DNA of 64,000 nucleotides, from the NCBI GenBank assembly GCA_005787575.1, contig SYAN01000097.1, positions 1,497 to 65,496 of the forward strand. Reading direction: 5' to 3'. The stretch comes from Actinomycetota bacterium (lineage in GTDB: Bacteria > Actinomycetota > Actinomycetes > Nanopelagicales > Nanopelagicaceae). A program made the translations under genes and the position numbers. The notes beneath the pieces are model-generated. The model did no database searches. It saw only the letters and a program-made list of their open reading frames with translations, and was not told the DNA's origin. The stretch's first letter is position 1. The number at the start of each line of letters is the position of its first letter. This document shows positions 29,078 through 38,124 of the stretch, piece after piece.

Positions 29078-30306
29078 AAGAGCGTTCGCCTTTCTTAGTC
29101 GGCTACCTCGATAACGAGACCAATCAGAGCGCTCTACCGAAATCATCTGATGTGGTGATCATCGGTGGTGGACTACTTGGTACCTCACTGGCTTATTACC
29201 TTTCAAAGTCGAAAGTAGAAACGGTGCTCATCGAGCGCGATGACATCAATCGCGAAGCATCAGGAACTAATGCGGGGAGTTTTCACTTTCAAATCGCCCT
29301 CCACCAATTGACGCCGAATATGTCAGAGAGTGAGAAGCGAAGGCTTGCAGATGAAGTCAGACTACAAGTGGACGCCGCCTCTCTATGGGATGAGATTGAG
29401 CGAGAACTTGATGCCGATCTAGGTGTGCACTTTGATGGCGGGATCATGGTCGCCGAGACAGAAGATGAGATGCGAGTACTCAAGGAGAAAGATGCGATCG
29501 AGAAGGAGGCGGGGCTCGAGAGTCATATTCTCGTTGGCGATGAGATGCGCACCTTTGCTCCCTATCTAGCCCCTGATCTCGCCGGTATCTCCTTCTGCCC
29601 ACGTGAAGGACATGCAAATCCACTCCTCGTAGGCCCAACTTATGCCTACCGGGCCTGGCAAAACGGAGCGCACTTTCGTACCGGTTGTGATGTCACACGA
29701 ATTGAACGTATCAACGTCGGTGGCGATCTAAAGGGACGAAGATTTCGCGTCGTCACATCACGAGGAGTGATCGAGTGCAATCGCGTTGTCAATGCGACCG
29801 GCGCTTGGGCCGCTGAGCTTTCTTCTCAGTTGGGCCTTCGCATTCCGTTAGGACTCTCTGGGCTTCACGTCAATGTCACTGAGCCGAGAGAATATTTCTT
29901 GAAATCGATGGTGCAACATATCGGACGAAGGCTCACGCTGAAGCAGACACATAACAACACCTTCATCATTGGTGGCGGGTGGCCATCTCGCGAAGAGAAA
30001 TTCCCTAAGAGATATAGCAATACCTGGAGCTCCACTGCAGGAAATCTTGCAGTCGCGCTTCGAGTGCTACCGATGCTTGCTGATGTGAAGCTACTTCGCA
30101 CCTGGAGCGGGGTTTGGGCCTTCACCAAGGACTTCAAACCTATTCTCGGTGAATCAGAGAAGGTACCTGGCTATCACATCGCTATGGTTCCTACCGGATT
30201 CACCCTTGGACCCATGGTGGCGCAAATGCTCTCTCAATACATGACAGCTACGCCAGGAAAAGGAAAGCTCCCCAGTGAATTCAACATCGATCGAGAAGTA
30301 GCCTAG
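29074..30306 (+). CDS. FAD-dependent oxidoreductase, DAO family (HcnC / OoxB / sarcosine-oxidase-beta-like)
   Basis: Carries DVVIIGGGLLGTSLAYYL and ASGTNAGSFHFQ. Translationally coupled (ATGA) to the preceding subunit gene. Confidence 0.82.
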   Translation: MKERSPFLVGYLDNETNQSALPKSSDVVIIGGGLLGTSLAYYLSKSKVETVLIERDDINREASGTNAGSFHFQIALHQLTPNMSESEKRRLADEVRLQVDAASLWDEIERELDADLGVHFDGGIMVAETEDEMRVLKEKDAIEKEAGLESHILVGDEMRTFAPYLAPDLAGISFCPREGHANPLLVGPTYAYRAWQNGAHFRTGCDVTRIERINVGGDLKGRRFRVVTSRGVIECNRVVNATGAWAAELSSQLGLRIPLGLSGLHVNVTEPREYFLKSMVQHIGRRLTLKQTHNNTFIIGGGWPSREEKFPKRYSNTWSSTAGNLAVALRVLPMLADVKLLRTWSGVWAFTKDFKPILGESEKVPGYHIAMVPTGFTLGPMVAQMLSQYMTATPGKGKLPSEFNIDREVA

Positions 30307-30322
30307 GAACGAGAGGAAAAAA

Positions 30323-31246
30323 ATGGATCGCAACTCTGTGGATTGGCGTGGTTATTGGCCAGCCTCCCCAACTCCTTTCAAATCAAGTGGCGAGATAGAT
30401 TGGCAAGCTTTCGACTCACTCCTTGATTGGTACCTTGATCAGAAGATGCATGGTCTTTTCATCAATGGCACTACCGGAGAGTGGTTCTCACAGACTCACG
30501 ATGAACGAAGACAGGTCGCTGAATTCGTTGCGAAGAAAGTCGCAAAGCGCATCCCCGTTGTGATCGGCGTTACGACTTTCACCGCAAAAGAGTCAATTGA
30601 ATTGGCTAGACATGCTCTTTCAGTAGGAATCGATGGCGTCTGTTCTTCCGCTCCCGCCTATGTCAAAACACTTCCTGATGAGACCGTTGCTTATTTCCAG
30701 ACACTCTCGGATGGAATCAAAGGTCCCATAATGATCTATAACTGGCCACATGGCTCGGGGATTGAAATAGCAGCCGACCTCGCTCATCGACTGGCAGATA
30801 TTGAGAGTATCGTTGCAATCAAGGATTCGACTCCCAATGGCGAACAGTTCTTGAATACTACGAAGGAACTCTCTGGAAAGGTTCGAATCTTCGGAAACTT
30901 TATGGTGCCTTCGAATCTTGACTTCATGCTACGACATGGTGGCGATGGAACTATCGGTGGTGGAAGTATCTTTGGTCGACCTGACACAATTTATTGGGAA
31001 CAAGTATGGGCTGGTGATATCGAGAGCGCCAGAAACCATGCAGAGCGAAACCTTGCACTTCTTGAAGCGCTCTGGCTCCCTGGCGGGTGGGCCGGAAAGT
31101 GGGGCGCTTATCAGAGCCAACTCAAAGCGATCATGGAGATGATTGGAGTTCCTGGTGGCACGGTCCGCGCTCCCCGCCTTCCAATAACTAATCCCGCATC
31201 TTTGACCGCTATACGAACTATTCTCACCGAGTTTGGACTTCTCTGA
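30323..31246 (+). CDS. DapA/N-acetylneuraminate-lyase family (class I aldolase/Schiff-base) enzyme
   Basis: Carries TPF...INGTTGEW...IVAIKDS (candidate Schiff-base lysine). 307 aa. Confidence 0.8.
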   Translation: MDRNSVDWRGYWPASPTPFKSSGEIDWQAFDSLLDWYLDQKMHGLFINGTTGEWFSQTHDERRQVAEFVAKKVAKRIPVVIGVTTFTAKESIELARHALSVGIDGVCSSAPAYVKTLPDETVAYFQTLSDGIKGPIMIYNWPHGSGIEIAADLAHRLADIESIVAIKDSTPNGEQFLNTTKELSGKVRIFGNFMVPSNLDFMLRHGGDGTIGGGSIFGRPDTIYWEQVWAGDIESARNHAERNLALLEALWLPGGWAGKWGAYQSQLKAIMEMIGVPGGTVRAPRLPITNPASLTAIRTILTEFGLL

Positions 31247-31331
31247 ATTGAGAAAGAAACTTAGTGAGCTTAGCGCTGGTCTAGATGCGAATGAAAAGGA
31301 ATAATCGGGTTAGTCGATAGGAGTTGGAACC

Positions 31332-32276
31332 GTGAGCACATTTCAAGGCGTTGATCATGCTGGTATTGGCGTTGCCGATATGGATACGGCATTTGATTAT
31401 TGGATGCACAAACTTGGGTTCACAGAAGTTTTCTTCGACTACACCGGTCCGGTTCCAGGTCTCGAGGAGATAACGAAGTCAAAGGGCACCAAAGCAAGGA
31501 TTGTGATGCTTGGTCACAAGAATACGACTCGCCTCGGCCCTGGCAAGGTAAAACTCGTTCAACGTCTCGATGGTGACGGTGCACCGCCTTACCCTGCAGG
31601 TATCGGTTACGGTGAGGTTGGCCTCGCTGAAGTATGTCTACATACGCTCCATACTGAGAAGATCTTCCGAGAACTCGTCGATAACCATGGCGTCAAATCA
31701 TTGATGGAACCGTTGAGCGCTGCAGTCGGTGAACAACAGATCGAACTTGATATCGCCTATTTCGCAGACCCATGGATGGGCAAAGTCGAATTGATTGAAT
31801 GGAAGGGCCTCTGGACCTCTCGCCCTGCACAACCTCGAATCGAAGGAGTCAATCACGTCGCCTTCGGAGTTCATGACATGAAGGTGACGACAGATTTCTA
31901 TCAACAACTTGGTTTCACCGACCGGATTTTCGAATCAACAGAGTTCTTTGGTCCGATGGCTCCTTGGTACCAAGTTGGCAGAGCCCTCCCTGGTCATCAC
32001 ATGACGCTCTGGCTCTCGGGCAAAGGTGCTGGAATCGAACCAGTGCGATTGACCCCGCTCTGGGAGGACTGTCGTGGCGAGTGGGGCCATGTTGGTCCAA
32101 TGGACTTCGGTATCGGCGTTCAGAACATCAAGAAAGCCGTGGAAGAACTGAAGCGACTCGGGATTGAGATGCATAGCGACATTCAGGTTCTCGATGTCGG
32201 AAATGCAGAGTTCAAGTACTTCTACTTTAAGGATCCTGACGATCAGTACGTCTCGATCGTTGAGACTTCGTACTAA
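31332..32276 (+). CDS. Two-domain VOC (glyoxalase/extradiol-dioxygenase fold) protein
   Basis: GTG start. Two repeats of the VOC pattern (GVDHAGIGVADMD... and GVNHVAFGVHDMK...). Confidence 0.7.
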   Translation: MSTFQGVDHAGIGVADMDTAFDYWMHKLGFTEVFFDYTGPVPGLEEITKSKGTKARIVMLGHKNTTRLGPGKVKLVQRLDGDGAPPYPAGIGYGEVGLAEVCLHTLHTEKIFRELVDNHGVKSLMEPLSAAVGEQQIELDIAYFADPWMGKVELIEWKGLWTSRPAQPRIEGVNHVAFGVHDMKVTTDFYQQLGFTDRIFESTEFFGPMAPWYQVGRALPGHHMTLWLSGKGAGIEPVRLTPLWEDCRGEWGHVGPMDFGIGVQNIKKAVEELKRLGIEMHSDIQVLDVGNAEFKYFYFKDPDDQYVSIVETSY

Positions 32277-32315
32277 AGCTGCTTCTCGCCAGAACTAACC
32301 TGGATTAGTTTCGAT

Positions 32316-32636
32316 TTACTTGCTCAACCCACGTTGGGTATTTATTCGCATTCCCTCTTGGGCCCAGGTCATACACGCCCGGATATTCGGCACATCATCG
32401 ACCACTACCAAACAATCAAAACAAACTCCCATGCCACAGAAGAGACCGCGAGGATCTCCATCAGTTGTCGTGCGCATTGCGACTTTTCCTTCAACCATCA
32501 TGATGCTGGCAACACTTTCACCTTCGTGCGCCGTGACAACCTCTTCATCAATCGTTAGTCGTATCACTTTGCCACGTGAAATCTTTGGATCACTCGAGAT
32601 TCGAAAACTCGCGGATGAGTGATCAGACGGTGCCAT
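32316..32636 (-). CDS. HcnA-like (2Fe-2S)-binding small subunit
   Basis: 106 aa with GLFCGMGVCFDCLVVV...ACM. The same cysteine pattern occurs in the N-terminus of the 10322..12076 product. Confidence 0.82.
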   Translation of the reverse strand: MAPSDHSSASFRISSDPKISRGKVIRLTIDEEVVTAHEGESVASIMMVEGKVAMRTTTDGDPRGLFCGMGVCFDCLVVVDDVPNIRACMTWAQEGMRINTQRGLSK

Positions 32637-32672
32637 GAATCGAGTCTGCCAACTTGGGATAGGATTTTCAAC

Positions 32673-33761
32673 ATGACATCACAGCTCTTCTCCCCACTTG
32701 ATATTCGCGGAAAACACTTTCGAAATCGAGTCTGGGTCAGTCCGATGTGTCAGTACTCGGCGGAGGATGGAGTTGTCGGTGACTGGCATCGCGTGCATCT
32801 TGGCGCATTCGCTACGGGCGGAGTCGGCATGATCATGGTGGAAGCAACCGGAGTGATGCCAAATGGCCGGATTTCCATAGGTTGTTCCGGTATCTGGAGT
32901 GATAAGCACGCTGAGGCTTTTCGACCAGCGATCGAATTCGCTCATTCTCAAGGTGCCCTCATCGGAATTCAGCTCGCTCATGCGGGTCGAAAAGGATCGA
33001 CGATGAAGCCCTGGGATGACCACGAGCTAGCCTCGATTGAAGAGGGAGGCTGGATTAACTTCGCTCCTTCTGCCGTTGCCTACAAGGATTTTCCAATCCC
33101 TCATGCAATGACGGTAGAAGAGGTCGAATCAGCAGAGCAGGCTTTCGTTGATGCTGCAGTCAGGTCTGAGCGCGTTGGTTTTGATCTCATAGAGATTCAT
33201 GCGGCACATGGCTATCTCTTCCACCAATTCCTCTCACCCCTATCAAATAAGCGCGAAGATAAATACGGTGGATCCTTCGAGAACCGAATCCGATTCCTCG
33301 TAGAAACGGTGAGAAAGGTTCGTGCGGCTATCTCTCAAGACTCTCCCCTATTTGTTCGCATATCAGCAACGGACTGGGTCGAAGGTGCCTGGAGCGTTGA
33401 TGATGCTGTCGAACTCTGCAAGATCATGAAAGAAGTTGGCGCCGACCTCATCGATGTTTCATCGGGTGGTCTCGTTCATGACTCTAAGATCACGACTGGA
33501 CCTGGCTACCAAGTTCCATTCGCCCAGAAGATCAAGAGCGAAGCGAAGATCCTCACCTCGGCCGTTGGCCAGATAACAGCCTCAGACCAAGCAGAAGAGA
33601 TCATTGCTTCAGGGCGTGCTGATGCCGTGATGCTTGGCCGTGAGATGCTTCGAAACCCTCGCTGGGCGATTGCAGCAGCTGAAGAATTAGGTGAAAAGAT
33701 TCCTTGGTCGATTCAGTTAGAGCGTGCCCGAAAGATCGGCGCACGAAAGTCTCCCCAGTAG
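32673..33761 (+). CDS. NADH:flavin oxidoreductase, Old Yellow Enzyme family (YqjM/NamA type)
   Basis: Carries LFSPLDIRGKHFRNRVWVSPMCQY, IEIHAAHGYLFHQFLSPLSNKR and MLGREMLRNPRW. ATG 32673 is preferred because the ORF-track start overlaps the divergent gene. Confidence 0.88.
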   Translation: MTSQLFSPLDIRGKHFRNRVWVSPMCQYSAEDGVVGDWHRVHLGAFATGGVGMIMVEATGVMPNGRISIGCSGIWSDKHAEAFRPAIEFAHSQGALIGIQLAHAGRKGSTMKPWDDHELASIEEGGWINFAPSAVAYKDFPIPHAMTVEEVESAEQAFVDAAVRSERVGFDLIEIHAAHGYLFHQFLSPLSNKREDKYGGSFENRIRFLVETVRKVRAAISQDSPLFVRISATDWVEGAWSVDDAVELCKIMKEVGADLIDVSSGGLVHDSKITTGPGYQVPFAQKIKSEAKILTSAVGQITASDQAEEIIASGRADAVMLGREMLRNPRWAIAAAEELGEKIPWSIQLERARKIGARKSPQ

Positions 33762-33780
33762 AACTACTCGGCAAAGTGAT

Positions 33781-34932
33781 TTAGAGAAGTCGCTCAATAG
33801 TGAAGTGCGAGATATCTCGTTCACATCTGCCAGTGAGTACAAGCTCTGCTAGAAGTCTTCCCATAAGAGGCGAAGCGGTAAAGCCCATGTAGGGATACAT
33901 CCCCACGAAGAGACCCGCTACACCAGGGAACTTATCGATGATGGGATTGTGATCTTCTGTGCCGTTTCCGGTACCTACCCAGGTGCGGATTACCTTGACA
34001 TCAGCGATCCGCGGGACGACTTTTAGCGCGACACGAAGGTTTGATCGCAGAGAATCTGGATTGAGGATGGGATTGTTTTTCTCGTCATATCGCGCGGGCC
34101 ATCCACCTCCAATCAAGAGTGAGCCTGAGTTCGCTTGTTTGAAGGTCAATTTCTCACTCGTGAAGTAGACGAGGTGATGCACGAATTTCTCGATCTGTTC
34201 CGTAACCGAAACCTGGACGGGCACATCACTAATGGGAATTTTTCTACCCAGACCAGCAGTCAGTTTCGGAATCCCAGCATTTGCAGTTATCAAAACCTTA
34301 GAACCAATGAACTGACCGGCACTTGTAGCTACAGTGAAGCCCGTCGCGGACTTTTCGATTTCTAGGACTTGGGTCTTGGTTGAAATTATTGCGCCATGAC
34401 GTCGGGCGGCATCTGCAAAAGCTGGAGCGACGACAAGTGGATTCGCTTTTCCTTCTATCGGACAGTAAGCAGCCCCAACCATCTTCGATGAGATGTAGGG
34501 AGCCTTCTCCTGCAACTCGGATTGCGAGAGCATTCGCGAAGCTATACCTATTGAATTCTCGAGGCGAACCTTCTCTTCAAGATGACGTAGGTTCTTCTCG
34601 TTCTCGGCAATCATCAATCCGCCATTGCTCGATACCTCAAGGTCAACGCCTAGTTCACTTGAAAGGCCTTTCCACATCTCAAGTGAATCTGCCAATATCG
34701 AGAGCCCATGAAGGAATTGTTTCGCCCAATCAGTCCCTAACTCTTCAAATGGTTCGTATTGGATCTGGCCATGCAAACTTCCTGCATTTCTCCCTGAAGC
34801 TTGTGTATTGAGATCGAACTCATCCAGGAGTGCGACATTCGCACCTTGCTTTGCTAGTTGATATGCGCTTGAGGCACCGATTGCGCCACCGCCGATGACG
34901 ATGACATCAAAGGATTTATCTCTCGTCATCAT
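33781..34932 (-). CDS. FAD-dependent oxidoreductase, DAO family (second HcnC/OoxB-like paralog)
   Basis: Carries FDVIVIGGGAIGASSAYQLA and ASGRNAGSLHGQ. Paralog of 29074..30306. Confidence 0.82.
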   Translation of the reverse strand: MMTRDKSFDVIVIGGGAIGASSAYQLAKQGANVALLDEFDLNTQASGRNAGSLHGQIQYEPFEELGTDWAKQFLHGLSILADSLEMWKGLSSELGVDLEVSSNGGLMIAENEKNLRHLEEKVRLENSIGIASRMLSQSELQEKAPYISSKMVGAAYCPIEGKANPLVVAPAFADAARRHGAIISTKTQVLEIEKSATGFTVATSAGQFIGSKVLITANAGIPKLTAGLGRKIPISDVPVQVSVTEQIEKFVHHLVYFTSEKLTFKQANSGSLLIGGGWPARYDEKNNPILNPDSLRSNLRVALKVVPRIADVKVIRTWVGTGNGTEDHNPIIDKFPGVAGLFVGMYPYMGFTASPLMGRLLAELVLTGRCERDISHFTIERLL

Positions 34933-34955
34933 CGGGCTATGATAACTAAGAGAAG

Positions 34956-34978
34956 CAAATATCGATCAACGATATTTG
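34956..34978. promoter_or_regulatory. Perfect 9-bp inverted repeat in a divergent promoter region, candidate operator
   Basis: CAAATATCG-atcaa-CGATATTTG, between the divergent genes starting at 34932 (-) and ~35005 (+). Confidence 0.5.
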
Positions 34979-35004
34979 ATGAGCGAGATTCAATGGGGTC
35001 GAGT

Positions 35005-35931
35005 ATGAGTGAAGAATTCCACGGAAGTTATGGCGTTCTGGTAACTCCCTTTACAGAGGGAGGAAAGAGCGTCGATATTGATGCGCTCAAGCGTTTACTC
35101 GATTGGCAACTGGCAAGTAAATCGCCCGGCGTCATCATGCTTGGAACCACTGGAGAATTCTTGACCATCTCAGACGATGAGCGTCGTCTTATTGTCGATA
35201 CAACGGTGAAACATATGGCGGGAAAGGCCAAGGTCCTTGTCGGCACAATGAACGCATACACGCCTCATGCAGTGAGATATAGCGCAGAGGCAGAGGAACT
35301 TGGCGCTGATGGGTTGATGATTCTTCCCCCTTATTACTACAAACCTACTCACGATGAGATCCACGGCTACTACAAAGCAATATGCGAGAAGGTCGCGATC
35401 CCGATCATGGTTTACAACAATCCATTCACCTCGAATGTCGATATGCCGGCGCGTTTGATCGGAAAGTTAGCGAAGGACTTCGAACAGATCCGCTACATCA
35501 AAGAAGCGAGTAAAGATGTTGCGCGAGTCAAAGATGTGATTGAAGCGTCTGATGGGTTAGTGAAGGTCTTTGCGGGTGAACGTGTGGTGGAGTCTTACAT
35601 GCTCGGCGCCACTGGATATGTCAATCCCTACGCAAACTACATCCCTGAGGCTTCAACATTGATCTGCGAACTCTTGGCGAAGAAGGAGTTCAAGAAAGCA
35701 GAGCACATTGCAACTTTTATCAATCGAATCGACCACACCATCGCCGAAGGTCATCCGCTTTACGGCCACCAGTGCTACTCCAAGGCTCTTGCTGCTGCGC
35801 GAGGCTATCCGGTAGGCGATGTCCGTCCACCAATAACCACATTCGCCTCCCTAGGTAAAGAAGGAAAAGAGAGGCTTGCTACATTGATGGCGATGATTGA
35901 AGAGCTCAACGCTCTTCTTCCCTCGCTCTAG
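35005..35931 (+). CDS. DapA/N-acetylneuraminate-lyase family enzyme (second paralog)
   Basis: Carries GVLVTPF...LGTTGEF...IRYIKEAS (candidate Schiff-base lysine). ATG 35005 or 34993 is preferred, because the ORF-track start at 34939 leaves only 6 nt to the divergent gene. Confidence 0.8.
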   Translation: MSEEFHGSYGVLVTPFTEGGKSVDIDALKRLLDWQLASKSPGVIMLGTTGEFLTISDDERRLIVDTTVKHMAGKAKVLVGTMNAYTPHAVRYSAEAEELGADGLMILPPYYYKPTHDEIHGYYKAICEKVAIPIMVYNNPFTSNVDMPARLIGKLAKDFEQIRYIKEASKDVARVKDVIEASDGLVKVFAGERVVESYMLGATGYVNPYANYIPEASTLICELLAKKEFKKAEHIATFINRIDHTIAEGHPLYGHQCYSKALAAARGYPVGDVRPPITTFASLGKEGKERLATLMAMIEELNALLPSL

Positions 35932-37124
35932 AGCGAGTTTCGGATTACTTCTCCGGATTGAACGACGAGGTCAATCTCACGAAGGTGCTGCGGATCATCC
36001 AGGGGATTGCCCTTCGTTGCGATGAAGTCGCCGGCAAAACCCTCCCGAATCTGACCAAGGAAATTCTCTTGCTTGATCAACTTTGCTGCCATTGAAGTTA
36101 TTGATTGAAGTGATTTGAGTGTGCTCAAACCGGCTTCATGCATCAAGAAGAGTTCGTGGAGGGCTGCAGGAACGCCATCAACCAGATCACCTGGTGGGTA
36201 ATCCGTTCCATTGGTCATCTTTATATTTGCCTTGATCGCAAGCTTCACGCTGGCAAGATGGCGTTCGCTCGCTTTGAGCGCATTCTGTATCGAAGGTTCT
36301 TCAAATCCCTTTGCACGCATCCACGATTCTGAGCGAGTGACACAGAGCGTTGGAGAGTAGAAGACATCTTTTGCTGCCATCTGATCGACAGTCTCTTGGT
36401 CCATCACATAACCATGTTCGAAAGAGCGCACTCCTAGGCGAAGTGCCTGTTGGATCGCTTTCGATTCACCAGCATGTGCAACGACGTAGGTGTCATGCTC
36501 TGTCGCAGCTTTGACCACGCCTCGGATCTCATCATCACTCATTTCCGGGACATCAGGGCTCTCTCCAGCATGAGCGAGTCCTCCGGTGATGAAGATCTTG
36601 ATGTGATCAGCGCCGGCATTTAGCTCATCAAGAGCAGCTTGATAGAAACCCTCAAAATCTTTTGCATAACTGCAGGCTGAGCCTCGTCCATGGCCATCAG
36701 GTGTAGATATAGCGCGACCGGCACCGAATATTCGTGGCGACTTCATCCATCCGGCGGCAAAGGCTTTGCGAAGCATCAAATCTGCTTGATTCTGCTCATG
36801 AACGGAGCGAATCGTGGTGACTCCAGAAAGTAACGCATCTGATGCCCGTTGCGCCGAGCGATATGCGGTGACCGCGGGATTCTCATGAGGGTCAGTGAGC
36901 GAGAATGGAAAGACCACCGAGAGATGCGTGTGGCAAGAGATCAACCCGGGAAAAAGGAAACGCCCATCTAGATCTATCACCTCATCAGAAATTCCGCGTT
37001 TTGCGAAGGACGTAGCTTCTGCGATCTCAGAGATTTTTCCATCTTCGCCTACTCGAACGGCACCAAGCGGCTTCGCAACTCCCTCAACGACATCTACTAC
37101 TCGTGTGTTGGTGAATATGGTCAT
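35928..37124 (-). CDS. Metal-dependent amidohydrolase (COG1228-like, imidazolonepropionase/prolidase-related)
   Basis: Contains the HxH metal motif (GLISCHTHLS) and later HAGE/H..D elements. It is the last gene of the co-directional dipeptide-transporter gene string. Confidence 0.78.
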   Translation of the reverse strand: MTIFTNTRVVDVVEGVAKPLGAVRVGEDGKISEIAEATSFAKRGISDEVIDLDGRFLFPGLISCHTHLSVVFPFSLTDPHENPAVTAYRSAQRASDALLSGVTTIRSVHEQNQADLMLRKAFAAGWMKSPRIFGAGRAISTPDGHGRGSACSYAKDFEGFYQAALDELNAGADHIKIFITGGLAHAGESPDVPEMSDDEIRGVVKAATEHDTYVVAHAGESKAIQQALRLGVRSFEHGYVMDQETVDQMAAKDVFYSPTLCVTRSESWMRAKGFEEPSIQNALKASERHLASVKLAIKANIKMTNGTDYPPGDLVDGVPAALHELFLMHEAGLSTLKSLQSITSMAAKLIKQENFLGQIREGFAGDFIATKGNPLDDPQHLREIDLVVQSGEVIRNSL

Positions 37125-37155
37125 TACTACCCCCGCTGAAGATATGGAATGTTTT

Positions 37156-38124
37156 TTAGAATGTCAGAGCTTTTGGAGCGCTTCCTGCCTGTTGCAAAAT
37201 ACAGGAGACTTTTCGCCCATCGCTCAGGGATACATGAACTGGTTCACTAGAGCCGCACTCTGCTTGAGCTAGTGGGCAACGAGGGTGAAACCTGCAACCA
37301 GATGGTGGGTAAGCAGGATTAGGCACATCACCTGGTAAGTCGAGCGGAATAAAAGCTTTACCGTCGGCGTGAGTTATCGCAGACATCAACGCTTTGGTAT
37401 AGGGATGTGCCGGAGAATTCCAAATCTCCTCGGTCTTTCCAGTTTCGACGATCTTTCCCAGATACATGACTGCAACTCGATCGGAGATGCGCCGTACGAT
37501 CGATAGATCGTGCGAAATAAAGATCAATCCCATCTGGAATTCTTCAACCAAGTTGACTAGAAGGTTTGCAACTGCCGCTTGAGAGGATGTGTCGAGGGCA
37601 GATATCGGCTCATCAGCGATGATCACCTTTGGTGAAATGGCAAGCGCCCGAGCGATAGCGATTCGCTGTCGCTGTCCACCAGAGAACTGATGGGGGTAAC
37701 GCTCCACCGCATTACGTGGCAGTCCCACTCGCTCAAGGAGTGATTCTGCTTTCTCAAGAGCATCCGCCTTAGATACTCCACTAATTCGTGGGCCATCGGC
37801 GATCTGATCGCCGATCTTTCGCCGCGGATTGAGCGAACCATAGGGATCTTGGAAGATCATCTGAAGATTTCTATAGTGAGCATCACGCTGTCCTCGGCCG
37901 ATCTTTGACACCTGTTGGCCGTCAAAATTCACTTCACCCTCGGCACCCTGCAAGATTCCAACAATCGCTTTACCAAGCGTCGACTTACCGCATCCTGATT
38001 CACCAACTAGCCCAAGTATCTCGCCAGCACTCACCTCAAGATCAACACCAGCAACGGCTCGCACTTTCTGGTCGCCACGCGTGTACTCAACCGAGAGATT
38101 CTTGACCTCAACTATTGGCTTCAT
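37156..38124 (-). CDS. Dipeptide/oligopeptide ABC transporter ATP-binding protein (DppF/OppF type)
   Basis: GESGCGKST, FSGGQRQRIAIARAL and a C-terminal oligopeptide-type extension (GCRFHPRCP). Confidence 0.92.
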   Translation of the reverse strand: MKPIVEVKNLSVEYTRGDQKVRAVAGVDLEVSAGEILGLVGESGCGKSTLGKAIVGILQGAEGEVNFDGQQVSKIGRGQRDAHYRNLQMIFQDPYGSLNPRRKIGDQIADGPRISGVSKADALEKAESLLERVGLPRNAVERYPHQFSGGQRQRIAIARALAISPKVIIADEPISALDTSSQAAVANLLVNLVEEFQMGLIFISHDLSIVRRISDRVAVMYLGKIVETGKTEEIWNSPAHPYTKALMSAITHADGKAFIPLDLPGDVPNPAYPPSGCRFHPRCPLAQAECGSSEPVHVSLSDGRKVSCILQQAGSAPKALTF

